Positions 1-8,821 of a stretch of 64,000 nt of DNA are shown here, in pieces. A program made the position numbers and the translations under genes. A model generated the notes under the pieces. The model did no database searches. It saw nothing but the letters and a program-made list of their open reading frames with translations, and was not told the origin of the DNA. The DNA is from an uncultured Actinomycetes bacterium (GTDB lineage Bacteria > Actinomycetota > Thermoleophilia > UBA2241), in NCBI GenBank assembly GCA_963760655.1, contig CAVXDR010000005.1, forward strand, positions 678,345-742,344, in the 5' to 3' direction. Within the stretch, counting starts at the first letter, position 1; each line of letters begins with the position of its first letter.

Positions 1-331
1 CCGGACGGACCACGAACAGGGGCTGGGCCGCGCGACCCAGGAGGGCATCGGCCGCAGGGCCGATGCCCTCCTGGGTCGCGCGCCGCGTCGCGAAGGCGAT
101 GACGTCGTCCTCGTGGGCCGCGGCGAGTGCGGCCGCGGCCGGCTCGCCGACCGCCTCTTCGACCGGCACGTCCGCCGCCGGTGCGACCGGCGGGCGGGCG
201 GTGGCGGCCGCGGCACGCGGCACGACCCGCAGGCAGCGCAGCGGCCAGCCGCCGGCCTGCGCCAGCGCGCCGACCGAGGCCAGCAGCTCCTCGTCCTCGG
301 GGACCGCTTCGAGCAGCGCGAGCAGGTTCAT
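1..331 (-). CDS. Universal stress protein (USP)-like, runs off the window edge (3' partial)
   Basis: Not in the ORF track; read by hand from ATG at 331, which overlaps the GH65 stop (ATGA). MNLLALLEAVPEDEELLASVGALAQAGGWPLRCLRV...GIGPAADALLGRAAQPLFVVRP resembles the USP C-terminal G-S-V-A..LL..A..PVLVV-P motif. Confidence 0.65.
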   Translation of the reverse strand, partial: MNLLALLEAVPEDEELLASVGALAQAGGWPLRCLRVVPRAAAATARPPVAPAADVPVEEAVGEPAAAALAAAHEDDVIAFATRRATQEGIGPAADALLGRAAQPLFVVRP

Positions 332-3300
332 GTCGTCTCCTCCCAGGTCCCCCTCGGACCCCTGTGGAAGTGGTGCTCTCCGCTTGCCAGGCGGCGCGTG
401 CGACGCCCCAGGCGGACGGTGGCCGGACCGCCGTCGACGGCGAGCCGCAGGCGCTCCCCGGCGACCGCGACGCGGTAGCGCACCCCTCTGAACCGCACGG
501 TGTAGTCGAACGAGCTCCACTCCTCGGGCAGGTGCGGGTCGATCACGAGCGTCTCGTGGTGGCGCCGCACCCCGCCGAATCCCATGACCGCCGCCTGCCA
601 CAGCCCGCCCATGGTGGCCATGTGCAGGCCGCGGGCCGCGTTGCCCATGTTGTCGGACAGATCGATGTCGGAGGCCATGCGGAACGCCTCGAAAGCCAGC
701 CGGGTGTCGCCCAGCCGGGCCGCGAGGGCCGCGTGGATGGCCGGCGACAGCGAGCTGCCGTGACTGGTGATCGGCTCGTAGTAGCGCAGGTTGGCCTGCG
801 CGACGTCGGCGCCGATCTCGTTCGAGAGCACATAGCAGAGCATGACCACGTCGGCCTGCTTCACCACCTTGGACTTGAGCGTCACCTCGCGTCCGAGCAG
901 CAGGTCGGCCGCCATCGGTCGCGCCGCCAGGGCGGCCGGGTCGACGTCGGCCATGTCGAAGAAGCCGGCGAACTGCTCGTAGAGCTTCGTCGCCGGGTCG
1001 TAGCCGTCGGCGAGCGCGCCGGCCACGTTGCGCCAGTGGGTGAGCTCGCCGCGACTGAGGCCGACGCGCTCGCCGAGCGCCGCCGCAGCCGCCGGGTCGC
1101 GCGCCGCCAGCCAGGGATAGGCTTCGAGGGCGCACTCGATGTTGTAGCGGGCCAGGACGTTCGTGTAGGCGTTGTCGTCGACGCCCTCGTGGTACTCGTC
1201 GGGCCCGACGACCAGCGGAATGTGAAAGCGGCCGAGCTCGTCGCGCGTCGCGCGCGAGGCCCAGAAGCGCGCGGTCTCTAGCAGCAGCTCGACCCCCATG
1301 CGCTCCATGAACTCGTCGTCGCCGGTGCACTTCCAGTACTCCCAGACCGCCCAGGCGACGTCGGCCGAGATGTGGTGCTCCATGAAGCCCGACAGGATGG
1401 GGATCATCTCGCCGTGTGGCCCGATGCCGTAGGGCGGCGTCGTCTCGGTGCCGCGGTCGGCCGACTCCCAGGGAAAGAGCGCGCCCTTGTGGCCCATGTC
1501 GCGCGCCTTCCTGCGGGCCCCGTCGAGGTTGCGGTAGCGGTACGAGAGCAGCGTGCGGGCCGTCTCGGGATGCGTGTAGATGAAGTACGGCACGACGAAG
1601 ATCTCGGTGTCCCAGAAGACGTGGTTGAAGTACGAGAGGCCCGACAGCCCGCGTGCCCCGACCGACACGCTGTCCTTGCTCGGGTGGGCGGTCGACATCA
1701 TGTGGAACATCGAGAACCGCAGCGCGAGCTCGGCGTGCGGGTCGCCGCCGATCGCCACCGCGGCGTCGTCCCAGCGCTCCCGCCAGGCCGCCACGTGGCG
1801 CCGCAGCAACTCGTCGAAGCCCTGCTCCTCGGCCCGCCGCAGGGCGGCGAGCGCGGCCGATGTCGCCGGCGGCCGGTTGGCCGACGACACGAGCGCCGCG
1901 AAGCGGTCGATCGTGGCCGGCTCATCGCAGTCGAGGCGGCCGCCGATCACGTCGCGCGAGCGCTCCACGTAGCGCGCCACGGGCGAGCCCGACGCGGGCC
2001 GCGTCGACACCGCGAGCACGTGGCCGCCGCCCTTGCGCCCCTTGGTGCGCGTCACGAAGCCGCTGCCGTCGAGCGAGGCGAGCGTGGCCTCGTACACCGG
2101 CCCGCCGGCGTGCGAGACGCCGATGCAGGCCTCCCAGACGAGGCGCCCGCAGAAGTCTTCGGGGCTCGCCTCGGCGCGCAGCACCATGATGGCACGGTCG
2201 GCGAGCGACGCGAAGCGCGCCGTGCGCACCCGCACCGTGCGCCCCACCTGGTCGCGCTGGCGCCAGTAGCGAAAGACGATGCCCTGGCTCATGTCGAGCA
2301 CGCGGCGATGCTCGACCACCGCGCCGTTCGTGAGCGTGAGCGGCATGCCCTCGACGAGCAGCCGCAGGCAGAGCCAGTCGGGCGCCGTGACCGGCTGGCG
2401 CAGGTGCAGGTCGCTGGTGTCGTCGCCGTAGACGCCGGCCACGAACGTGGCCGGCGTCGAGGCCGGCGAACCCTCTTCGAGCGAGCCGCGCGTGCCGCTC
2501 TCGCCGTTGGCGACCGTGAGCCAGGTCTCAACCTCGCGCTCGCGGAACGGGTCGAAGCCCTCGACCTGAAAGAGCCAGTCGGTCTGCGTCGTCGGCGAGG
2601 GGAAGCTCTCGAGCACGCGCGCCTCGCGGAGCTCGATCTGCTCGTCGAGGACCTCGAGCACGGTCGCCCGCCCGCCGCCGAGCGCCTGGGCGCCGCGGCC
2701 GCCGGCACCGTCGCCGACCGACGCGAAGGCGGCGCCGTGCAGCTCGGGGATCATGAGCCGCGCCGCCGCGCCGCCGGGCTCGCCGTCGGCGCCGAACTCG
2801 CCGGCCACGACGAGCACCTCGCGGGCGTCGTAGTCGCGGTAGCGCACGATCCACTGCAGCAGCCAGCGCATGCTGTCGGCGAAGTCGGTGTGCGAGAGCT
2901 CGAGCAGGCCGTCGCGCCAGGTGACGTGCGGCCGCGCGACGCCGGCGTCGCGCGCGAGGCGCGTGGCGAGCGCGACGAGCTCGGCCGGCCCCGACAGGCC
3001 AGCCGCTGAAAGGCGCCTGCCCAGCATCTCGTCGTCGAGGCCGCCACGCACGTTCAGGCGCCGCCGCCAGCGGTCGCCGCCCGCCGCCCGTACCGGCAGG
3101 CCCTTCGCCGCCAGGTCGTCGTGGACGGCGACGACGGCCCCCACGAGCCGGCCCTCCTCGTCGGCGGTCACCAGGCGGCGTTCGATCAGGCGCGGACCGG
3201 CGGGGCCGGCGACATAGGCCTCGGCGCCGTTGGAGAGCAGCAGGAAGAGCCGGCCCTCGACGTCGGGGCGGGCGCCGAGGCGGGCATCGACCTGATCGAT

Positions 3301-3483
3301 GCCCGCCTCGGCGACCAGCGCGACGTCGACGCCGAGCGAGGTCAGCCGCTCGATGCGCTCGCGCAGCTCGAGCGGCGCCCCGGCGTCGCCCCGCGGAGCG
3401 GCCGCCGCCCACTCCAGGCAGACGACGCGGAAGGCTCGGCCCAGCAGGGTCGTTCCCGAGATGGTGGCAGAGGGCGGACGCAT
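328..3483 (-). CDS. Glycoside hydrolase family 65 (kojibiose/trehalose/maltose phosphorylase-like) with an extra ~300 aa N-terminal HAD-like region
   Basis: GH65 motifs ANGESGTRGSLEEG, FWDTEIF, GALFPWES, HISADVA, GPDEYHE (catalytic Glu), KQADV, HGSSLS. Likely start is ATG 3483 (MRPPSAT), not the track start at 3645. Confidence 0.9.
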   Translation of the reverse strand: MRPPSATISGTTLLGRAFRVVCLEWAAAAPRGDAGAPLELRERIERLTSLGVDVALVAEAGIDQVDARLGARPDVEGRLFLLLSNGAEAYVAGPAGPRLIERRLVTADEEGRLVGAVVAVHDDLAAKGLPVRAAGGDRWRRRLNVRGGLDDEMLGRRLSAAGLSGPAELVALATRLARDAGVARPHVTWRDGLLELSHTDFADSMRWLLQWIVRYRDYDAREVLVVAGEFGADGEPGGAAARLMIPELHGAAFASVGDGAGGRGAQALGGGRATVLEVLDEQIELREARVLESFPSPTTQTDWLFQVEGFDPFREREVETWLTVANGESGTRGSLEEGSPASTPATFVAGVYGDDTSDLHLRQPVTAPDWLCLRLLVEGMPLTLTNGAVVEHRRVLDMSQGIVFRYWRQRDQVGRTVRVRTARFASLADRAIMVLRAEASPEDFCGRLVWEACIGVSHAGGPVYEATLASLDGSGFVTRTKGRKGGGHVLAVSTRPASGSPVARYVERSRDVIGGRLDCDEPATIDRFAALVSSANRPPATSAALAALRRAEEQGFDELLRRHVAAWRERWDDAAVAIGGDPHAELALRFSMFHMMSTAHPSKDSVSVGARGLSGLSYFNHVFWDTEIFVVPYFIYTHPETARTLLSYRYRNLDGARRKARDMGHKGALFPWESADRGTETTPPYGIGPHGEMIPILSGFMEHHISADVAWAVWEYWKCTGDDEFMERMGVELLLETARFWASRATRDELGRFHIPLVVGPDEYHEGVDDNAYTNVLARYNIECALEAYPWLAARDPAAAAALGERVGLSRGELTHWRNVAGALADGYDPATKLYEQFAGFFDMADVDPAALAARPMAADLLLGREVTLKSKVVKQADVVMLCYVLSNEIGADVAQANLRYYEPITSHGSSLSPAIHAALAARLGDTRLAFEAFRMASDIDLSDNMGNAARGLHMATMGGLWQAAVMGFGGVRRHHETLVIDPHLPEEWSSFDYTVRFRGVRYRVAVAGERLRLAVDGGPATVRLGRRTRRLASGEHHFHRGPRGTWEETT

Positions 3484-3602
3484 CGTTTCCCCGTACACAG
3501 GTTCGCGCGGGACTTTTCCCGCGCCCCGGCTATCGTACGCCACGCCGACGGCGACGATGCGCCCAAGGCCGCGATCGACTAGCGAGCGAGCGCGGTGGCG
3601 GC

Positions 3603-3646
3603 CGTGGGCGGCGGGCGGCGCCTGCCGGCGCCGCCCGCCGCCCACG
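3603..3646. terminator. GC-rich hairpin (20-bp perfect stem, TGCC loop) downstream of htrA
   Basis: cgtgggcggcgggcggcgcc-tgcc-ggcgccgcccgccgcccacg, 7 nt after the htrA stop. Confidence 0.6.
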
Positions 3647-3652
3647 CGTCTC

Positions 3653-4843
3653 TCAGAACACGCTCGGTCGGGCGCCCAGGGTCACCTGCAGGGTGATCGT
3701 CTGCGAGCCCCTGACGAGCGTCACCTTCACCCGATCGCCGGGCTTGTGCTCCGTGACGAACGTCGAGAGGTCGTCGTTGCTGGTCACGGCGGTGCCGTCG
3801 ATCTTCGTGATCACGTCGCCGCCGGTCACATAGACCTGGTCCTGCAGGGCGACCTGCTTGCCGCCGCCGCGGATGCCGGCCTTGGCCGCCGGGCTGCCGC
3901 TCTCGACGCTCGCCACGAGCACGCCCTGCTCGATCTTCAGGCCGAGCGCCTTGGCGACGTCGGGCGAGATCGTCTGGCCCGAGACGCCCAGCCAGGCGTA
4001 GACCGCCTTGCCGGTCTTCTCGATCTGGTCCATCACGCTCGCCGCGGTGTCGATCGGCACGGCGAACCCGAGTCCCTGGTTGCCGCCCGACTGCGACGCG
4101 ATCTGCTCGTTGATGCCGATCACCTTGCCGGCGCCGTCGATCAGCGGCCCGCCCGAGTTGCCCTCGTTGATGGCCGCGTCGGTCTGGATGCCGTTCGAGA
4201 TGGTCGAGCCGTTCGGCGACTGCAGGTTGCGGTCGGTGGCCGACACGATGCCCGAGGTGAGCGTGAAGTCGTAACCCAGGGGGTTGCCGATCGCCACCAC
4301 GGGCTCGCCGACCTCGACCGCGGTCGACTCGCCGAGCGGCAGCGGATTGAGCGTCGGTGCCTTGGCCGGGTCGACCTTGAGCACGGCGACGTCGCTCGTC
4401 GCGTCGACGCCGACGATCTTCGCGGCGACCGGCGTCGTCTGCGAGCCCGCGCCCTTGAAGACGACCGACACCTTGCTCGCCGCCTGGCCGTCGTTCGACA
4501 CGACGTGGGCGTTCGTCAGGATGTAACCCTGCCGGGCCACGACGAAGCCCGAGCCGAGCGCCTGGGACTGGCCCGTGACGGGCCCGAAGAAGGTCTGCTC
4601 GGTGGTCCGCAGGGTCGAGACCACCTCGACCACGCCCGAGGCCTCGCGCCGGTAGATCTCGGCGGGGGTGAGGGTGGCCGTCGCGCCGGCCGTCGCGGGC
4701 GGCGCCGTGGCCGCCGTGCTCACCACGGTCGTCTTGTTCGTGCGCACCGGCAGCACGCCGGTCGCCATCAGGACGACGACGGCGATAGCGGCGACGGCCA
4801 CGCCCGAGACGAACGTGAGCGCATGCGATCGCAGTCGAGCCAT
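3653..4843 (-). CDS. htrA: HtrA/DegP-family serine protease, membrane-anchored, one PDZ domain
   Basis: N-terminal TM segment; catalytic triad TNAHVV / SDVAVL / GNSGGPL; IQTDAAIN; C-terminal PDZ (SPAAKAGI..GDVI); SD AAGGAGG. Confidence 0.95.
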   Translation of the reverse strand: MARLRSHALTFVSGVAVAAIAVVVLMATGVLPVRTNKTTVVSTAATAPPATAGATATLTPAEIYRREASGVVEVVSTLRTTEQTFFGPVTGQSQALGSGFVVARQGYILTNAHVVSNDGQAASKVSVVFKGAGSQTTPVAAKIVGVDATSDVAVLKVDPAKAPTLNPLPLGESTAVEVGEPVVAIGNPLGYDFTLTSGIVSATDRNLQSPNGSTISNGIQTDAAINEGNSGGPLIDGAGKVIGINEQIASQSGGNQGLGFAVPIDTAASVMDQIEKTGKAVYAWLGVSGQTISPDVAKALGLKIEQGVLVASVESGSPAAKAGIRGGGKQVALQDQVYVTGGDVITKIDGTAVTSNDDLSTFVTEHKPGDRVKVTLVRGSQTITLQVTLGARPSVF

Positions 4844-4892
4844 GCCCCTGCCTCCTTACCCGCCGACTTTCGCCTTTCTTGTAGTCGGCCTC

Positions 4893-4996
4893 GCTGTGGG
4901 AAAGCTGTGACTGACCTTGGGCCACTCTGAGAATACCCACTGCACATAGCCACCACAGAATCTTCTCAGCACCTCCACAGTATGTGACCGTACAAT
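4893..4996. promoter_or_regulatory. Divergent promoter with two mirrored arrays of OmpR-family (MprA/PhoP-like) direct repeats, plus a -10 TACAAT
   Basis: Minus-strand hexamers at 4894, 4905, 4916 and 4927 (CCACAG, TCACAG, CCCAAG, TCTCAG). Plus-strand hexamers at 4942, 4953, 4964 and 4975 (GCACAT, CCACAG, TCTCAG, CCACAG). Both arrays have an exact 11-bp period. TACAAT at 4991-4996. Confidence 0.75.
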
Positions 4997-5062
4997 GCCC
5001 TGCAGCGGGCGCGGTCGTGTCGCGGGCCGCGCCGTGAGGGTCGGCGAGCGAGGAGGCAGACG

Positions 5063-5755
5063 GTGAGCGACAACCCCAAGATCCTGGTCGTCGACGACGA
5101 AGAGAGCCTGACCGACCTGATCGGTCTCGCGCTGCGCTACGAACAGTTCGAGGTCGATGTCGCCCACACGGCCCGCGCCGCCCTCGGCAAGGTGACGAGC
5201 TTCCATCCCGACCTCGTGGTGCTCGACGTCATGCTGCCCGATCAGGACGGCTTCGAGGTCGCCCGCCGCATGGCGGCCGAGTCGCCGTCGACGCCGGTGC
5301 TGTTCCTCACCGCGCGCGACGGCACCGAAGACAAGGTGCGCGGCCTCACGCTGGGCGGCGACGACTACATGACCAAGCCCTTCAGCCTCGAGGAGCTCGT
5401 GGCCCGCATCCGCGCCATCCTGCGCCGCACACGCCCGGCCGAGGGCGACCACCAGCGCCTGGTCTACTCCGATCTCGAGATGGACGAAGACACCTACGAG
5501 GTACGCCGCGGCGGGCAGCGCATCGACCTGACCGCGACCGAGTACAAGCTGCTGCGCTACCTCATGCTCAACCGCCGCCGCGTGCTCTCCAAGGCGCAGA
5601 TCCTCGACCACGTCTGGAACTACGACTTCGCCGGCGACGCCAACGTCGTGGAGATCTACATCAGCTACCTGCGCAAGAAGCTCGACCCTACGGGGCCCTC
5701 CCTCATCCACACCGTGCGCGGCTTCGGCTACTGCCTGCGCGACGCGCAGGACTGA
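5063..5755 (+). CDS. OmpR/PhoB-family response regulator (actinobacterial PhoP/TcrX/MprA-like)
   Basis: Receiver motifs ILVVDDE, LDVMLP, FLTARD, DDYMTKPF; winged helix VVEIYISYLRKKL..IHTVRGFGY; SD GGAGG. Confidence 0.95.
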   Translation: MSDNPKILVVDDEESLTDLIGLALRYEQFEVDVAHTARAALGKVTSFHPDLVVLDVMLPDQDGFEVARRMAAESPSTPVLFLTARDGTEDKVRGLTLGGDDYMTKPFSLEELVARIRAILRRTRPAEGDHQRLVYSDLEMDEDTYEVRRGGQRIDLTATEYKLLRYLMLNRRRVLSKAQILDHVWNYDFAGDANVVEIYISYLRKKLDPTGPSLIHTVRGFGYCLRDAQD

Positions 5756-5786
5756 CGGGCGCGAGAGAGACCGGGAAGGACCGCGC

Positions 5787-7352
5787 GTGACGCTCCGACT
5801 GCGACTGCTGCTCGCCCTGGTCGGCCTGGTCGCCGTCGGGCTGCTCGCGGCCGACGGCGCCACGTACCTGTCGCTGCAGTCGTTCCTGCTGAACCGCGTC
5901 GACCAGCAGCTCGTCGCGGCCACGCAGCCGCTGCTCGAGAAGCTCGACGGACTGGGCTCGGGCCTCGGCTATCAGGGGCCCGGGGGCCAGCGGGAGAACA
6001 CCGACCTGCCGCCGGGCACGTACGGCTCGATCGTCGGCGACGACGGCCAGGTCGTCCTGCAGACCAACCTCGGCTACAGCGTCTCGTCGGCCGCCCCGTC
6101 GCTCCCGGCGCATCTCGCGCAGACCCTGGCGCACGACGGCGGCCGTACGACGTTCACGACGGGAGCCAAGGACTCCTCACTGCACTTCCGCGTGCTCGCC
6201 CAGACGGTGACCGACCAGAGCACCTCGACGACCGCCACGCTCATCATCGCCATCCCCCTGACCGAGGTGAGCCAGACGCAGAGCCGCCTCGCGCTGGTCG
6301 AGATCCTCGTCACGCTGACGGTGCTCGTCGGCCTCGGCCTGCTGGCCTGGTGGATCGTGCGTCGCGAGCTGCGCCCGCTCGACGACATGGCCGCAACGGC
6401 GGGTGCGATCGCCGCCGGCGACCTCACCCGCCGCGTCGCCCCCGCCGACGACCGCAGCGAGGTGGGGCGCCTGGGCACGGCGCTGAACGCCATGCTCACC
6501 CAGATCGAAGAGGCCTTCACCCGGCAGCACAACTCCGAGAACGCGCTGCGGCGGTTCCTCGCCCAGGCGTCGCACGAGCTGCGCACGCCGCTCGCGTCGG
6601 TCCGCGGCTACGCTGAGCTGTTCCGCCGCGGCGCCCGCGAGCGGCCCGAGGACCTCGACCTTGCGATGCGCCGCATCGAGCAGGAGGCGGCGCGCATGGG
6701 CGCGCTCGTCGAGGACCTGCTGCTGCTCGCCCGCCTCGACGAGGGCCGCGCTCCCGATCGCCGCCCGGTCGACCTCACCCAGCTCGCGGCCGACGCCGCC
6801 GCCGACGCCCGCATCGTGGCGCCCGGCCGCGACGTGTCGGTCGAGCAGACCGGCCCGGTGACCGTGGCCGGCGACGAGAGCCGCCTGCGCCAGGTGCTCG
6901 GCAATCTCGTGACGAACGCCCTGCGCCACGGCGGGCCCGACGCCCACGTGCGTCTGAGCACGAGCGTGACCGCCGACCAAGCCGTCCTCGAGGTCGCAGA
7001 CGACGGTCCCGGCATGCGCCCCGAGGTCGCGGCGCGGGCCTTCGAGCCGTTCTACCGGCCCGAGGAATCGCGCGCCCGAGGCGAGGGCACGGCCGGCCTC
7101 GGCCTGTCGATCGTCGCCGCCATCGCCGAGGCGCACGGCGGCCGGGTCGAGCTCGTCACGGCGCCGGGCCAGGGCGCCACGTTCCGCGTGCTCCTGCCGC
7201 TCGAGCCGCCGGCCGGCGGCGAGCGCATGCAGGCCGGCGAGGCCGAGACGGTGCCCCCCCGGCTCTGGACGCCGCACGACCCGGCGGTCGCCGGCACACC
7301 GCCCGCCGCCGACGCCGAGGACCGCGCGGCGCCGGGCGAACCGGTAGACTAG
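5787..7352 (+). CDS. Membrane sensor histidine kinase (2 TM, HAMP, HisKA, HATPase)
   Basis: H-box ASHELRTPL, N-box NLVTNALRH, G1 DDGPG, F-box FEPFYR, G2 GLGLSIV. Confidence 0.95.
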   Translation: MTLRLRLLLALVGLVAVGLLAADGATYLSLQSFLLNRVDQQLVAATQPLLEKLDGLGSGLGYQGPGGQRENTDLPPGTYGSIVGDDGQVVLQTNLGYSVSSAAPSLPAHLAQTLAHDGGRTTFTTGAKDSSLHFRVLAQTVTDQSTSTTATLIIAIPLTEVSQTQSRLALVEILVTLTVLVGLGLLAWWIVRRELRPLDDMAATAGAIAAGDLTRRVAPADDRSEVGRLGTALNAMLTQIEEAFTRQHNSENALRRFLAQASHELRTPLASVRGYAELFRRGARERPEDLDLAMRRIEQEAARMGALVEDLLLLARLDEGRAPDRRPVDLTQLAADAAADARIVAPGRDVSVEQTGPVTVAGDESRLRQVLGNLVTNALRHGGPDAHVRLSTSVTADQAVLEVADDGPGMRPEVAARAFEPFYRPEESRARGEGTAGLGLSIVAAIAEAHGGRVELVTAPGQGATFRVLLPLEPPAGGERMQAGEAETVPPRLWTPHDPAVAGTPPAADAEDRAAPGEPVD

Positions 7353-7443
7353 GCGCGGCGGCGGCGGCAGGGCCGGCACGCGCCGCCCGCCGGTCCCGCG
7401 GGCCCGGTCGCCGGGCCGGCCACGCTCGAGGAGCCGAACCGTC

Positions 7444-8796
7444 ATGAAGCTCGATGTCCCCTACGTCCGGCGGCAGTTCCCCGCCCTCGCGCGCACCGTC
7501 GACGGCCGGCCCGTCGCCTATTTCGACAGCCCCGGCGGCACCCAGGTGCCGCAGCGCGTGGCCGACGCCGTGACCGACTACCTGCTCGGACACAACTCCA
7601 ACACGCACGGGTTCTTCGCCTCGACGATCGAGACCGACCACATCCTGGCCGACGCCCGCGACGCCCTGGCCGACTTCCTCGGCTGCGACTGGGACGAGGT
7701 GGCCTTCGGCGCCAACACGACGACCCTCAACTTCCTGCTTGCCCACAGCCTGGTGCGCGACCTCCACGAGGGCGACGAGATCGTCCTCACCGAGATCGAC
7801 CACGAGGCCAACCGCGGCCCCTGGATCTCGCTGCAGGACCGCGGCGTCGTGCTGCGCGAGGCGCCCGTCGATCCGGCCACCTGCACGCTCGACTGGGACG
7901 CCTTCGCGCAGCTCGTCAACGAGCGCACGAGGATCGTCGCGATCGTCTGGGCGAGCAACGCGGTCGGCACCATCAACGACGTCGCCCGGGCGGTCGAGAT
8001 TGCCCATTCGGTCGGCGCGCTGGTCGTGGTCGACGCCGTGCACTACGCCTTGCACGGTGTGATCGACGTCGCCGCCCTGGGCTGCGACTTTCTGCTCTGC
8101 TCGGCCTACAAGTTCTTCGCGCCGCACGTCGGCGTGCTCTACGCACGGCACCAGGCCGCCGAGCTCGTGCGGCCGCTGCGCCTGCGCACGCAGCTCCGCG
8201 AGACGCCCTTCAAATTCGAGACCGGCACGCTCAACCACGAGGGCATCGCCGGCGCGGCCGCGGCCGTCGACTTCATCGCCGACCTCGGTCGTCACCACCA
8301 GCGCCGCGTCGCCGCCGACCCCGAGCTCGGTCCGCGTCTCGAGGGACTCGCGGGCCGCCGCCGCCAGATCGTCGCCGGCATGCTGGCAACCGAGGCCCAC
8401 GAGCAGCCCCTGGCCCGCCACCTGATCGAGGAGCTGCACGCCACGCCCGGCGTCACCGTCTACGGCCCATCCGACGGCCATCCACGCACCTCGACCGTGG
8501 CGTTCACCGTCGACGGCATACGGCCCGAAGAGGTCTGCCGGCGCCTGGGCGCCGAGGGCCTGTTCCTGTGGGACGGCCACTTCTACGCCATCCGCCTGGT
8601 CGAGCGCCTCGGCCTGATCGACGGCGGCGGCCTGGTACGCGCCGGCCTGGCCCCGTACACCACGCCGCGCGAGGTCGAGCGGCTGATCGCGGCCGTGCGG
8701 CGCCTGGCGCCCGGTGCGCCGGCGCGGCGCGCCGGGTCGCGGCAGGGCGACCGCCACGCGAGCCGCGGTCCCGAGCGTCGCGCGGCCGACGCCTGA
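7444..8796 (+). CDS. Cysteine desulfurase-like class V PLP aminotransferase (TIGR01976-like)
   Basis: YFDSPGGTQVP, DHEANRGPW, ASNAVGTI, VDAVHY, CSAYKFF (PLP Lys), FETGT. Confidence 0.88.
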   Translation: MKLDVPYVRRQFPALARTVDGRPVAYFDSPGGTQVPQRVADAVTDYLLGHNSNTHGFFASTIETDHILADARDALADFLGCDWDEVAFGANTTTLNFLLAHSLVRDLHEGDEIVLTEIDHEANRGPWISLQDRGVVLREAPVDPATCTLDWDAFAQLVNERTRIVAIVWASNAVGTINDVARAVEIAHSVGALVVVDAVHYALHGVIDVAALGCDFLLCSAYKFFAPHVGVLYARHQAAELVRPLRLRTQLRETPFKFETGTLNHEGIAGAAAAVDFIADLGRHHQRRVAADPELGPRLEGLAGRRRQIVAGMLATEAHEQPLARHLIEELHATPGVTVYGPSDGHPRTSTVAFTVDGIRPEEVCRRLGAEGLFLWDGHFYAIRLVERLGLIDGGGLVRAGLAPYTTPREVERLIAAVRRLAPGAPARRAGSRQGDRHASRGPERRAADA

Positions 8797-8821
8797 GGGC
8801 GCGACCGGGGAACGGCACACC

